Shown: positions 47,313 through 60,326, counted from the first letter of the stretch. The stretch: 64,000 bases of DNA from an uncultured delta proteobacterium (GCA_963832165.1 CAWHTE010000001.1:288001-352000); one strand, 5' to 3'. The notes: generated by a model from the sequence alone, not told the origin. Numbers and translations are program-made.

Positions 47313-49052
47313 TCATTGCCCGGCGTGGAAAAGGTCGAGGTTCTCGCTCGCAAAACGGGTGAGCCGATCGGTCGCGTCGCGGCTCGTTCGGCATGCGAGA
47401 ACTTCCGAGGCGAGAGCTTCCGCGTCCCTGCAATCGATGCAAGCGATCGCGCGCCGCACCCTTGCCGCTCGCGCAGGACTCATCGAGAGCTCACGCAGGC
47501 CGAGACCCACGAGGAGCGCGGCAGTAGCCGGATCTCCTGCAGCTTCGCCGCACACGGAAACGCGGCGCCCACGGTCGCGCGCGGCGCCGACGACGCGGGC
47601 GATGGCGCGGAGAACGGAAGGGTGCAACAGGGAATAGCCATCGAGGAGGCCGACGGCGTCCCGGTCCGCGGCGAGGACGAATTGTGTGAGATCGTTCGTG
47701 CCGAGACTCACGAAGTCGACCTCCTCCAGGATTTCGTCGATCAGAAACACCGCTGACGGGGTCTCGATCATCGCACCGATCTCGATCCCGGATCCGATCG
47801 CCCCGGCCGCGGCCTGCAATCGGGTCTTTGCCTCCTTCAGGTCGGCATCGCCTAGCACCATGGGAAAGAGTACGCGCACCGGGCCTGAAGCGGCCGCGTA
47901 TGCGAGCGCGCGTAGCTGGGTTTCGAATAGCCGGCACTCCCGGAGCGAGAAGCGCAGGCCGCGCAACCCGAGGCTCGGATTGCGTTCGGCGTGAGGGGCC
48001 ATGAACAGCGGAATCTTGTCGCCACCCAGGTCCAGGGTGCGGATCGCGAGCGGGAGTCCGTCGAGCGCGCGAACTACGTCGAGGTAGGCGCTCACCTGCC
48101 GTTCGAAGCTCGGCGGCTCTCGCGAGTCGAGGAACAGGAACTCCGTGCGGAACAGGCCCACGCCGTCGAGGTTGTGCCGCCGCACCTCGCGCGCTTCCTC
48201 GGCGCGTCCGAGATTTGCGCATAACTCGATCCGCTGTCCGTCACGCGTGCGGCAATCCGTGATCTCGCTCGACGCCTCCACAGCGGAGCGAATCTTCCAG
48301 TTCTTCGAGCGAATCTCGTAGTTCTGCCAGTGCCGCTCGGTCGGTGACACCGTCACGTCGCCGAGGTCCCCGTCGACCACTACCCACTCACCGGAGGGGA
48401 TGGCGCGCATGGCGTCCGGGACACCCGTCACGGCGGGGATGCCGAGCGCGCGCGCAAGGATCGCTACGTGGCTCGTCTCGCCCCCGACCTCTGTCACGAT
48501 GCCCGCAACGTGCGCGCGGTCGAGGTCGACGGTGTCCGACGGCAGCAGCTCCACGGCAACGAGGACAGTGCCCGGAGGCAGGGGAGCAATCGAATCGCTA
48601 TTGCGCGGGGAGAGACTCGACAGCAGACGCCGCCCGACGTCGCGGACGTCGACCGAGCGCTCGCGGAGATAAGGATCGTCGGTCGCGGCGAGCCGCTTCG
48701 CAGCCTCCTCGACCTCCGCCTGGACCGCGCGCTCCGCGACGACGCGATCGCGCGAGACGCGCTCTCGGACACGCTCGAGGAACGCCGGGTCCGCCAGCAG
48801 GATCTCATGAGCCGAAAAGATCTCCGCCTCCTCGACCCCCACGTCTGCCTGGACCCGGATCCGGACGCGCTCCAGGTCCAGGCGCGCCGAGTCGACGGCA
48901 GCCTCGAATCGGCGCAGCTCGCGGTCAGATTCGTGGACCGAGATCTGCTCGTCGGAAGCCGTGACTGCGGGAGCGGTCGGGTAATGGGCGGCGCGCCCCT
49001 TGCCGATGCCGGGCGACAGTCCGCGTCCGTGAAATCGAAGCTCTGCAGCCAC
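47313..49052 (-). CDS. ptsI: PTS enzyme I (PEP-protein phosphotransferase)
   Basis: GGETSHVAILAR, GVGLFRTEFLF, RTLDLGGDK, NPSLGLRGLR, SLGTNDL, VCGE. Confidence 0.93.
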   Translation of the reverse strand: MAAELRFHGRGLSPGIGKGRAAHYPTAPAVTASDEQISVHESDRELRRFEAAVDSARLDLERVRIRVQADVGVEEAEIFSAHEILLADPAFLERVRERVSRDRVVAERAVQAEVEEAAKRLAATDDPYLRERSVDVRDVGRRLLSSLSPRNSDSIAPLPPGTVLVAVELLPSDTVDLDRAHVAGIVTEVGGETSHVAILARALGIPAVTGVPDAMRAIPSGEWVVVDGDLGDVTVSPTERHWQNYEIRSKNWKIRSAVEASSEITDCRTRDGQRIELCANLGRAEEAREVRRHNLDGVGLFRTEFLFLDSREPPSFERQVSAYLDVVRALDGLPLAIRTLDLGGDKIPLFMAPHAERNPSLGLRGLRFSLRECRLFETQLRALAYAAASGPVRVLFPMVLGDADLKEAKTRLQAAAGAIGSGIEIGAMIETPSAVFLIDEILEEVDFVSLGTNDLTQFVLAADRDAVGLLDGYSLLHPSVLRAIARVVGAARDRGRRVSVCGEAAGDPATAALLVGLGLRELSMSPARAARVRRAIACIDCRDAEALASEVLACRTSRDATDRLTRFASENLDLFHAGQ

Positions 49053-49196
49053 TGTTCATCTCGGGGAAACGGTCCGACCCGGCCTCGCTCCATCACCGAC
49101 GCGAAGGCCTCCTGCAACGAGGAGATGGTGCGCTCGGCGAACAGTCCCGGAGGGCGCAGGTGCGTCCTCCGGGACGATGCAAGGCGACGCCAGTCG

Positions 49197-49595
49197 CTAG
49201 CCCGCTTGGACCTGGATGGCGCGCGGGCGGCGCTCGGCGCTCCTGGGCAGCACCAGCTCGAGCACGCCGTTGTTCATCTTCGCCGCGACGCCGGCGGAGT
49301 CGATCTCCTCGGAGATCCGGAACTCGCGATGATAGGAGCCGTATCGATACTCCATGTGCAGCGGTGTCCAGGAGCGATCCGGCACCGTTGCGAGCCGCGC
49401 GTCGAGCGAGAGCGTGCCCCGGTCGAGTTTTACCTCGACGGACTTGTCATCCGCGCCCGGAAGATCGGCATAGACCACATAGCCGTCGCGGTTCTCGATG
49501 ATGTCGATGTCGGGCCGGAAGACCAGGCCCGGCCGGGTGCTCTCCTCCTGCAGCTCCTGCTTCTCACGTGCTTGCAGTGTCTGTGTTTCGTTCAT
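49197..49595 (-). CDS. Hsp20/alpha-crystallin small heat shock protein
   Basis: PDIDI, ADLPG, YGSYHREF, NGVLELVLP. Confidence 0.92.
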   Translation of the reverse strand: MNETQTLQAREKQELQEESTRPGLVFRPDIDIIENRDGYVVYADLPGADDKSVEVKLDRGTLSLDARLATVPDRSWTPLHMEYRYGSYHREFRISEEIDSAGVAAKMNNGVLELVLPRSAERRPRAIQVQAG

Positions 49596-49607
49596 CTCGA
49601 TTCCTCC

Positions 49608-50069
49608 CTAGCTCGCTCGCACTGAAATCTGGCGCGGCTTCGCTTCCGGTGTCTTGGGCAGCCGAAGCGTCAGCACGCCGTTGCGATGAACCGCCTCGAC
49701 CGCATCCGCATCGACGGCGGCCGGAAGATCGAACGCCCTTCGGAACGCACCGCTGTCGCGTTCCCTCCGATGCAGACTGGTCTCCTCGCGGCTCGCGTAA
49801 TCGATCTTGCGCTCGCCCTCGAGAACGAGCGTCGAGCCTTCGAGCGAAACGTGGATCTCGCCCGGCTCGACGCCGGGGAGTTCGGCGGTGAGGTGATAGG
49901 CATCTGCGGTCTCGTAGAGGTTCACGGCCGGAAAGACCCCGCGCCAATCGCCTGATCGCGCCGGCGTTCCGCCAAAGCGGTTGAACACGGTGTCCATCTC
50001 GCGCCGGAGCTGATCGAACGGGCTCCACGATGCCGCCGCCCAGGGTCGATCGAAGCTGTACTGAGCCAT
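49608..50069 (-). CDS. Hsp20/alpha-crystallin small heat shock protein
   Basis: FPAVNLYE, AELPG, GAFRRAF, NGVLTLRLPK; AAGGAG RBS. Confidence 0.92.
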   Translation of the reverse strand: MAQYSFDRPWAAASWSPFDQLRREMDTVFNRFGGTPARSGDWRGVFPAVNLYETADAYHLTAELPGVEPGEIHVSLEGSTLVLEGERKIDYASREETSLHRRERDSGAFRRAFDLPAAVDADAVEAVHRNGVLTLRLPKTPEAKPRQISVRAS

Positions 50070-50179
50070 GCGGTTTCTCCTTTGCTCTCTCGCATCCGAC
50101 TGGCGGAATCGCCAGCCAAGAAACTCAATCGTCACGAGCGAAGCCGCGTCAAGCTCCCCCAGTGCGCATGGCGAATCTT

Positions 50180-51130
50180 TCAAAACGAGAGGAGAGCCGC
50201 GGCGCGCCTCTGCCAGCGCCGGAACCGGCGACGTACCGGCACGGCGCGCGCGAGCGCGGCGCGCAGCTCCGGGAGGGCCTGCTCGGCGCTCTGCCGACCC
50301 ACTTCGACTAGCTCGGCGGTACGGTGAAATTCGAATACCCCGACCTCTGGGACCGGGATCTGGAGCAAGAACCCGGGAGGATCGTCGCGCAGACGGGCGC
50401 TCGCGATCTGTGCCGCGAGAATCCGCGAGGCGCTCCAGACGATCTCGACCAGACCGAGTTTGTCCTGGATCGCTTCACCGCCAGGCGGAGGTCCATTTTC
50501 GCCGTTGCTTGCGTGCAATTCCTTCAGGTGTTCGGATACGCGTTGGGAGGTCTTCTGCGGGTCGCGAAGCGGGAGGACATTCATCGCGATCACGAACTCC
50601 GCGCCCAGCGCATGTGCCGTGGATACGGGTACCGGGTTGACGAGCCCACCGTCGACGAGGAGACGGCCTCCGAAGCGCCAGGGCGTGAAGATTCCGGGAA
50701 TCGCGATACTCGCGCGCACTGCGTCGAACACGCCGCCGCGCGTCAACGCAACTTCGTCTCCGCTCCGGAGGTCGGTAGCCACCGCGGCGTACGGCAAGCC
50801 GAGATCCTCGATCTCCTCCCCGAGGTGGGGTCGGACGAACTCGAGCGCACGCAATCCGTGGAGCAGTCCCTCCCGCGGCCACGCCAAGTCGAGGAGCCGC
50901 AGCACGCGGCGCCGAGACAGGCCCTCCATCGCCGCGCGGAATTCCGCGAGCCGGCCTGCCGCGAGGGCCGCTCCCACCATTGCGCCGGCGCTGCTCCCGG
51001 CGACGCAGTGCAGCGGGATTCCCGCGTCGGCGAGCACCTCCAGTGCGCCGATCTGCGCCATCGCCGCCGCGCTGCCCGCGCCGAGCGCAACGCCGACGCG
51101 GAGCGGAATCCCGCCGCTGGCCTCTGTCAT
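50180..51130 (-). CDS. Patatin-like phospholipase (RssA-like)
   Basis: ALGAGSA, GSSAG, ASIAIPG, VDGG. Confidence 0.9.
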   Translation of the reverse strand: MTEASGGIPLRVGVALGAGSAAAMAQIGALEVLADAGIPLHCVAGSSAGAMVGAALAAGRLAEFRAAMEGLSRRRVLRLLDLAWPREGLLHGLRALEFVRPHLGEEIEDLGLPYAAVATDLRSGDEVALTRGGVFDAVRASIAIPGIFTPWRFGGRLLVDGGLVNPVPVSTAHALGAEFVIAMNVLPLRDPQKTSQRVSEHLKELHASNGENGPPPGGEAIQDKLGLVEIVWSASRILAAQIASARLRDDPPGFLLQIPVPEVGVFEFHRTAELVEVGRQSAEQALPELRAALARAVPVRRRFRRWQRRAAALLSF

Positions 51131-51163
51131 TGTGGGTTGCCTCTCTGGAGCAACCCTTCTTTG

Positions 51164-51179
51164 TGCAAGAATCGGGCCC
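51164..51179 (-). promoter_or_regulatory. Putative sigma-54 promoter
   Basis: Minus strand GGGCCCGATTCTTGCA, GG-N10-GC, ~34 nt upstream of the patatin ATG. Confidence 0.6.
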
Positions 51180-51195
51180 GGTCAAGCCAGGGGCG

Positions 51196-52113
51196 CTACA
51201 CCTCGGGCATCGGGTAGCCGTCGACGATCGGCTTCTGCTTCTCGAAATGGGGGCCGAGATGGCGGTGCAGGCCCTCCACGGTCCAGGCCGTGTCGTTGTC
51301 GAATACCTCGCCGTGCGCGGGCCGGGCCATCACGACCACCTGCTTGCCCCACACGATGAACAGCTGCGCGGTGATGTTCTGCGCGGCCGGACTCGCCAGG
51401 TAGGCGAACAGCGGTGAGCTGTTGGCCGGGTTCATGTTGTCGAAGCCCTCGGGCGGCGCTTCGAACATCTTCCCGAACGGTCCCTGCAGCGTCATGCGCG
51501 TGCGCGCGCGCGGCATCACCACATTGGCCGTGCCGCCGTACTTGAGCAGCACCTTGGCCGTGCCCATCGTGAACGACACGATGCCGGCCTTGGCGGCCGC
51601 GTAGTTCGGCTGGCCCGGGGTCCCGAACAGGAACGATTCGGATGCGGTGCTGATCACGCGCGCGTAGACGGGGCCGCCGATGGCCTTCGACCGCTCGCGC
51701 CAGTAGATCGACGCGAACTTCTGCGGTGCGAAGTGGCCCTTCAGGTGCACGCGCACGACGTTGTCGAAGTCCTCCTCGGTCATGTTGAAGATCACCGAGT
51801 CGCGCGTGAACCCCGCGTTGCAGATCAGGATGTTGAGATCGCCGAACGCGTCCACGGCGGTCTTGATCAGCGCCTGCGCGTCGTTCCAGCTCGCGACATC
51901 GCCGAAGTGCGGCACGGCTTCGCCGCCGAGCTTCTCGATCTCCTCGACCACCGCGCGCGCGGCCGATTCGTCGCGTCCCTTGCCGTCGGCCGTGGTGCCG
52001 AGGTCGTTCACGACGATGCGCGCACCCTGGCGCGCGAGCTCGAGCGCGTGCGACTTGCCGAGTCCGTTCGCGGCGCCCGTGATGACTGCGACCTTGCCTT
52101 CCAGCGTTCCCAT
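51196..52113 (-). CDS. SDR oxidoreductase (17-beta-HSD4/3-oxoacyl reductase-like)
   Basis: TGAANGLG, VVNDLG, NAG, NYAAAK. Confidence 0.9.
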   Translation of the reverse strand: MGTLEGKVAVITGAANGLGKSHALELARQGARIVVNDLGTTADGKGRDESAARAVVEEIEKLGGEAVPHFGDVASWNDAQALIKTAVDAFGDLNILICNAGFTRDSVIFNMTEEDFDNVVRVHLKGHFAPQKFASIYWRERSKAIGGPVYARVISTASESFLFGTPGQPNYAAAKAGIVSFTMGTAKVLLKYGGTANVVMPRARTRMTLQGPFGKMFEAPPEGFDNMNPANSSPLFAYLASPAAQNITAQLFIVWGKQVVVMARPAHGEVFDNDTAWTVEGLHRHLGPHFEKQKPIVDGYPMPEV

Positions 52114-52114
52114 A

Positions 52115-54274
<2,160 letters not shown>

Positions 54275-54278
<4 letters not shown>

Positions 54279-55249
54279 AGAGCCAGGCGATTGCGCTGCG
54301 CACGACGGGGGGTCCCGAGGTATTGCATCTCGAAGAGCGCGAGCTCGCGCAGCCGAGCCCGGGCCAGGTACGGATCCGGACCCGCGCGATCGGCGTGAAC
54401 TACATCGACGTCTACTTCCGCACCGGGGCCTATCCGCGCCCGCTGCCGTTCGTCGCGGGCCTCGAGGGCGCCGGCGAGATCGAGTCCGTAGGCGCCGACG
54501 TGCGCGATCTACGCGCGGGCGACCGCGTGGCGTGGTCGTCGGTGCCCGGGTCCTATGCGAGCGGAGTGCTCGCACCGGCCGCGAACGTCGTCCGCGTCCC
54601 CGATGGCGTGGACGATGCGGTCGCGGCCGCGGCGATGCTCCAGGGCATGACCGCGCACTATCTGGTGCACGGCGTGCGCGAGACGCGGTCCGGAGACACA
54701 GCACTCGTGCACGCGGCAGCGGGCGGCGCGGGACTCCTGCTCGTCCAGATGCTCAAGAACGCCGGCGCGGTCGTGGTCGGCACCTGCTCGACGGCCGAGA
54801 AGGAGGCGCTCGTGCGCGCGGCCGGAGCGGACCACGTGATCCGCTACACCGAGCGCGAGTTCGCGCCCGAGCTGCGCGAGTGGACGCGCGGGCGCGGCGC
54901 CGACGTCGTCTACGACTCGGTCGGCGCCACCACGTTCGAGGGCAGCCTCGCGTCACTGCGGCCGCGCGGGCTGCTCGTACTGTTCGGTCAATCGTCGGGT
55001 CCGGTACCGCCGTTCGACCTGGCTCGGCTCAACGCGCTGGGCTCGCTCTTCGTGACGCGCCCGTCGCTCGCGCACTACACGCTCGACCGCGCCGAGCTCG
55101 AGCTGCGCGCGGGCGCGGTGTTCGATGCGATCGCATCGGGCCGCCTGCACGTGCGGATCGGCGCCGAGTTTCCGCTCGCGCGCGCGGCCGACGCGCACCG
55201 CGCGCTCGAGAGCCGCGCCTCGACCGGCAAGATTCTGCTGCGGCCGTAG
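54275..55249 (+). CDS. qor: NADPH:quinone oxidoreductase (zeta-crystallin/MDR family)
   Basis: GVNYID, LQGMTAHYL, HAAAGG, YDSVG, GKILL. Confidence 0.9.
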
Positions 55250-56101
55250 CTACGAGAGCTCGACGACCCCGGCCCAGAGCAGCGCGCCGAGCACGGCGCT
55301 GAGCGCGATCCGATACCAGCCGAACGGCGCGAGTCCGTGCCGCTCGAGGAAGCGCACGAGCCAGCGCACGGCGACCGCCGCCGAGAGCGCGGCGACCGCG
55401 AAGCCGATCGCGGTCGCGCCGACGCCGAGCGCTTCGAAGAGGTTCGGCGCGCCGGTGCGCGAGGACGCGAGCAGGTTCTGGAGCAGCTTGTACGCGCACG
55501 CGGCGCCGAGCGTGGGGACGCCGAGCAGGAACGAGAACTCGGCCGCAGCGCTGGCGCGCAGGCCCAGGAGCACTCCGCCCGCGATCGCCATCATCGAACG
55601 CGAGGTCCCGGGCCACATCGCGGCACATTGGAACAGGCCGATCGCGAGCGCGGAGCGCGCGGTGAGCGACTCGAGCCCGGCGCCCTGCGCGGGCGTACGC
55701 GAGCGGTCGAGCCAGATCATCCAGAGCCCGCCCAACAACAGCGCCTCGAGCACGGGCACGGGCCGGAACAGGTAGTGCTCGATCGTGTCGGCGAGCAGCG
55801 GCCCGAGCAGCACCGCGGGTGCGAACGCGAGCGCCACGCGTGAGAGCAGGCGCAGGCCCGCCGGATCGCGGCCGACGAGCCCGCGCGCCATCTGGGCGAC
55901 GCGCTGCGCGTAGAGCCCGAGCACGGCGAGGATCGCGCCGCCCTGGATCGCCACCTCGAACGCGGCGAGCGCGTCGTGTTGCTCGGGGCGATCGAGCCCG
56001 AGCAGCGAGGACGCCAGGATCAGATGGCCCGTGGACGAGATCGGCAGGAATTCGGTGATGCCCTCGACCAGCCCGAGCAGCGCGGCCTGCCACCACTCCA
56101 T
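55250..56101 (-). CDS. uppP: Undecaprenyl-diphosphate phosphatase
   Basis: VEGITEFLPISSTGH, PGTSRS, AAEFSFLL. Confidence 0.95.
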   Translation of the reverse strand: MEWWQAALLGLVEGITEFLPISSTGHLILASSLLGLDRPEQHDALAAFEVAIQGGAILAVLGLYAQRVAQMARGLVGRDPAGLRLLSRVALAFAPAVLLGPLLADTIEHYLFRPVPVLEALLLGGLWMIWLDRSRTPAQGAGLESLTARSALAIGLFQCAAMWPGTSRSMMAIAGGVLLGLRASAAAEFSFLLGVPTLGAACAYKLLQNLLASSRTGAPNLFEALGVGATAIGFAVAALSAAVAVRWLVRFLERHGLAPFGWYRIALSAVLGALLWAGVVELS

Positions 56102-56105
56102 TCGA

Positions 56106-57357
56106 CTACCCCTCTGCGGGCTCGCCGCGCGAGACCACGACCGCGGCCGCGAGATCGCCCGTGACGTTCACGGCCGTTCGGCACATGTCGAGGAAGCGGT
56201 CGACGCCGAGCACGATGCCGATTGCCTCGACGGGCACGCCGATCATGCCCAGGATCATCGCGATCACGGGCAGCGAGCCCGCCGGAACGCCGGCCGTGCC
56301 GATGCCGCCGAGCACGCAGATGAACGCGGTGGTGGCCTGCTGTCCCAGCGTCAGCTCGACGCCGAAGAACTGCGCGAGGAAGAGGACCGTGACGCCCTCG
56401 AACAGTGCCGTGCCGTTCTGGTTCGCGGTCGATCCCAGCGTGAGCACGAAGCGGGAGACGTGGGGAGGAAGGCGCAGCTCGTGCTCGGCTACCCAGAGCG
56501 CGGTGGGCAGCGTCGCGTTGCTCGACGCGGTGGAGAACGCCGTGACGGTGGCGGCGCGCGTGGCGCGGAAGAAGTGATAGCGGACTCATGCCCCCGAGCC
56601 AGCGCACCGATGCCCCGTACACGACGAACTGCTGCAGCAAGAGGCCGATCAGCACGACCGCCACGTAGGCCGCGAGCCGCACGAACAAGTCCAGGCCGAG
56701 TCGCCACGCGAGCGTGAACACGAGACACGCTACGCCGACGGGCGCGATCCGGATCACGAGACTCAGCAGGTGCATCGTGACGTCCTGGAGTCCGCGCAGC
56801 CCGTCGGTGAGCTTGCGCACCGACTCTCCGGGCGCCGTCGCGAGGCCGATCCCGAGCACGATCGCGAACACCATCACCGCGAGCATGTCGCCCTCGGCCA
56901 TCGCCTTCACGACGTTCGCAGGCACCAGGTTGATCAGGAAGTCCACGCCGCTGCGGCCAGCGGCGCTCACCGTGGCGGGCAGCTTCGCGCCTTCGCCGAG
57001 CCGCTCGAGCAGCGCGGGGTCGAGGCCCACGCCCGGCTCGAGCGCGTTCACGAGGCCCACGCCGATCGCCACCGCGATCGTCGAGACCACCGCGGTGTAG
57101 GCGAGCGTCCGCAGTCCGATCCGACCCACGCGGCGCAGATCGCCGAGGTCCGCGATCGAGAGCGCGAGCGCGGACAGGACCAACGGGATCACGAGCACGA
57201 AGAGCAGGCGCAGGAAGATCTGACCCGCGGGCTCCACCGCATATCGCACGATCGCGTCGACGACGGTCGATCCCGCGAGCAGCGCATGCGCGGCGGTCCC
57301 GAGCGCGAGGCCGAGTGCCAGGCCCGCGAGCATCTGGAACGGGAGGCGTTCCGACAT
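56106..57357 (-). CDS. Dicarboxylate/amino acid:cation symporter; 1-nt frameshift near 56575
   Basis: GQIFLRLL...IAPVGV in one frame; FSTASSNATLP, NQNGTALFE and DRFLDMCRT in another. Confidence 0.88.
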
Positions 57358-57362
57358 CCCGT

Positions 57363-57692
57363 TCATCGCCGCGCGCGCGGACGCCACCCGTAGCGGGTGA
57401 GATCGGCGCGGCCGGACTTGTCGAAGCGGACTCCCTCGCGCTCGAGCAGCGCGCGCTGGACGCGGTCGCCGCCGGGCTCTGCGCGCGGGCTCACGCGCCC
57501 CTGCGCGTTGAGCACGCGGTGCCAGGGCAGGCGATCGTCGGAGTCGACCGAATGGAGCGCATAGCCCACCTGGCGCGCGTGACCCCCGAGCCCCGCGATC
57601 TGGGCGACTTGTCCGTAGGTGGCGATCCGGCCGCGCGGGATGCGCCGGACTACGGCGTAGATGCGCCGATAGCTGTCGCTCTGGGCCGCCAT
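57363..57692 (-). CDS. Alkyltransferase-like (ATL, MGMT family) protein
   Basis: IPRGRIATYGQVA, ARQVG, PWHRV (Trp replaces the acceptor Cys). Confidence 0.88.
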   Translation of the reverse strand: MAAQSDSYRRIYAVVRRIPRGRIATYGQVAQIAGLGGHARQVGYALHSVDSDDRLPWHRVLNAQGRVSPRAEPGGDRVQRALLEREGVRFDKSGRADLTRYGWRPRARR

Positions 57693-57797
57693 CGCCGGAT
57701 CATCGCAGATCCGCGCGTGGCGCGGGATCACCTGCTGCGAGCGCGCTTCGCTGCCGCGTGCTCAGTCGGGTATCCTGACGGACCTCATCAGGTCCCC

Positions 57798-58565
57798 ATG
57801 CCCGTCCTGCTCGTCGAGAAGTCCGGCGGGATCGCCACGATCACACTGAACCGCCCCGAAGCGCTGAATGCGCTCAACGCAGAGCTGCGGGGAGAGATCG
57901 AGCGGGCGTTTCGCGATCTCGCCAAGGACGCGGAGGTTCGCGTCGCGATCGTGACCGGCGCCGGACGCGCCTTCTCTGCGGGCATCGACTTGAAGGAGCT
58001 CTCGAGCGCTTCGCTCGATCGCTCGGGCGCCGCCGACTACGACATGATCGGCGCGATCCACGATTTCGAAGCGCCCGTGATCGGCGCGATCAACGGGCAC
58101 GCGATCACGGGGGGCTTCGAGCTCGCGCTCGCTTGCGATGTGTTGATCGCGAGCGGGAGCGCGGTGTTCGCCGACACCCACGCGCGCGTGGGCATCGTGC
58201 CGGGCTGGGGACTCTCGCAGAAGCTGCCGCGCCTGATCGGGATCGGGCGCGCGAAGGAGATCTCGTTCACGGGCAATTTCATCGGCGCCGAGCAGGCCGA
58301 GCGATGGGGGCTCGTGAACCGCGTGGTGCCCGCGGAAGAGCTCCTACCCGCCTGCCGGCAGCTCGCGCTCGACATGCTCTCGTGCGACCCGCCCTCGCTG
58401 CGGCGCTACAAGCAGATGATCGACCGCGGATACGCGGTCGCGTTCGACGAAGCCCTCGCGCTCGAGCGGCGGGTCTCGCGCGAGCACCTGGCCGGCGTGA
58501 CCTCCGACGCGGTCGCCGCGAGGCGCGCCGGCATCCAGGACCGCGGGCGCAAGCAGCAGCGGTGA
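57798..58565 (+). CDS. Enoyl-CoA hydratase family
   Basis: LNRPEALNAL, AFSAGIDL, AITGGFE, DTHARVG. Confidence 0.9.
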   Translation: MPVLLVEKSGGIATITLNRPEALNALNAELRGEIERAFRDLAKDAEVRVAIVTGAGRAFSAGIDLKELSSASLDRSGAADYDMIGAIHDFEAPVIGAINGHAITGGFELALACDVLIASGSAVFADTHARVGIVPGWGLSQKLPRLIGIGRAKEISFTGNFIGAEQAERWGLVNRVVPAEELLPACRQLALDMLSCDPPSLRRYKQMIDRGYAVAFDEALALERRVSREHLAGVTSDAVAARRAGIQDRGRKQQR

Positions 58566-58575
58566 GAGGGCGCCG

Positions 58576-59272
58576 ATGATCAAGCTCTATGGCGCCGCCC
58601 ACGTTCCCTACACCGAGAAGGTTCGGCGGGCACTGCTCTACAAGCGCCTCGCCTTCGACTTCCAGGAGCCCACCGCGCCCGAGGACTATCAGCGATGGAA
58701 TCCGAAGAGCGGGATGTTGCCCGTGATCCACGTCGGCGAGGAGCTGATCGAGGACTCCACGCAGATCCTGTTCGCGCTCGAAAGGCTCTATCCCGATCCT
58801 CCGCTGCTCGCGCCGGACCCGATGGTGGCGAGCCAGCAGCGCCAGCTCGAGGACTGGGCCGACGAGTCGTTTCTCTGGTACTGGATGAAATATCGGCGCA
58901 TGATCGGCGAAGCGGTCGTCGTGCCGCTCAAGCTCGGATCGGCGTCATCGCAGCCGCTAGGCGACGAGCGCAGCGGACCGCTGCGGCGCCTCGCGCGCGT
59001 GGCTGCGCGCAGGCGGCACCTGGGAGCGCCCGATCACGGGCCTGCATCGCGAGCTCGGATCGCGCATGGACGACCTCGTGAACTTCCTCGGCGCGCGGCC
59101 GTTCTTCTACTCGGAACGGCTCTCGATGGCCGACCTCGGCGTGTACGCGATGCTGTTCACGATGCGGCGCGACGCGATTCCGGGCTCGGCGCGGCTCCTG
59201 GCCGCGCGCCCGACCCTCGTGGCGTTCATGGCGCGCGTCGAGGAGGCGACCGACGGCGCCACCCGCCCGTGA
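58576..59272 (+). CDS. Glutathione S-transferase family; frameshift near 58995
   Basis: PYTEKV, NP..MLPV, IEDS in frame 1; LGARPFFYSERLSMADL in frame 2. Confidence 0.82.
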
Positions 59273-60000
59273 CGCGCGCGGAGAAGGCGCGGCGGATCGC
59301 TCGGATCCTCGATCGTCTCCACCCCGAGGAGCGCGTCCCGCTCGACCACGTCGACCCGTACACGCTGCTCGTCGCGGTGATCCTCTCGGCGCAGTGCACG
59401 GACGAGCGCGTGAACCAGGTGACGCCGGCGCTGTTCGCGCGCGCGTCGACGCCCGATGCGATGGCGAAGCTGTCGGTGGCCGAGATCGAGCGGATGATCC
59501 GCTCGTGCGGGCTCGCGCCTGCCAAGGCCAAGGCGATTCACGCGCTGTCGGAGATCCTGCGCGACCAGTACGGCGGGCGCGTCCCGGCCGACATGGATGC
59601 ACTCGAGGCGCTGCCCGGCGTCGGCCACAAGACCGCGAGCGTGGTGATGGTGCAGGCGTTCGGCGTTCCGGCCTTCCCCGTCGACACCCACATCCACCGC
59701 CTCGCCGCTCGCTGGGGCCTCTCGCGCGCCCGCAACGTGGTGATGGTGGAGCGCGACCTCAAGGCGCTGTTCGCGCAGGAGGACTGGGGCAAGGTGCACC
59801 TCCAGCTCATCATGTTCGGGCGCGCGCACTGCCCCGCGCGCGGTCACGACCTGCGCGCGTGTCCGATCTGCTCGTGGGCTGCCTCGAAGGCGCGGATCGC
59901 GCGCGAGATGGGAATCAGGCGTTCGGGATCGCGTCGGGATCCATCCAGAACACTTCCCAGTGATGGCCGTCGGGGTCGTAGAAGCTCCAGCCGTACATGA
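59269..60000 (+). CDS. nth: Endonuclease III
   Basis: LLVAVILSAQCTD, LPGVGHKTA (HhH), VDTHIHR, CPARGH...CPIC. Confidence 0.93.
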   Translation: MTRAEKARRIARILDRLHPEERVPLDHVDPYTLLVAVILSAQCTDERVNQVTPALFARASTPDAMAKLSVAEIERMIRSCGLAPAKAKAIHALSEILRDQYGGRVPADMDALEALPGVGHKTASVVMVQAFGVPAFPVDTHIHRLAARWGLSRARNVVMVERDLKALFAQEDWGKVHLQLIMFGRAHCPARGHDLRACPICSWAASKARIAREMGIRRSGSRRDPSRTLPSDGRRGRRSSSRT

Positions 60001-60326
60001 AGCCGTGGTCCTGCGGTTCCATCGCGTGCTTGCCGCCCGCGGCGACCGCGGCGTTCACGAGGTCGTTCACCTCCTGCCGGCTCGCGCACGAAACCGAGAG
60101 CAGCGCCTCGGTGTGGGTGGCCGTCTCGCAGATCTCCTTGCTCGTGAACTCGGCGAACTTGTCCGGGACGAGCAGCATCACGAACGCCTCGTCGGAGACG
60201 ATCATGCAGGTCGCGGTTCGTCCGTGAACGCGGATTGAAGGTGAATCCGAGCTCGTGAAGAAGTCGACGGACCGCTCGAGGTCGCGGACGGCGAGATTGA
60301 CGAAGAGCTTGCGCGATGGCTGCCAT
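59915..60326 (-). pseudogene. VOC/glyoxalase family protein broken by several single-base indels (possibly sequencing error)
   Basis: Fragments KLFVNLAVRDLERS, LGFTFNP, FTDE and CMIVSDE...FYDPDGHHWE lie in different frames. Confidence 0.75.

Noticed and set aside
50070..50190. CIRCE or sigma-32 element upstream of hsp20
   Set aside because: No TTAGCACTC inverted repeat and no convincing -10 CCCCAT.
58576..60000. GST-endonuclease III fusion
   Set aside because: Artefact of a frameshift in GST. The GST C-terminus is in another frame ending at 59272, overlapping the nth GTG start.
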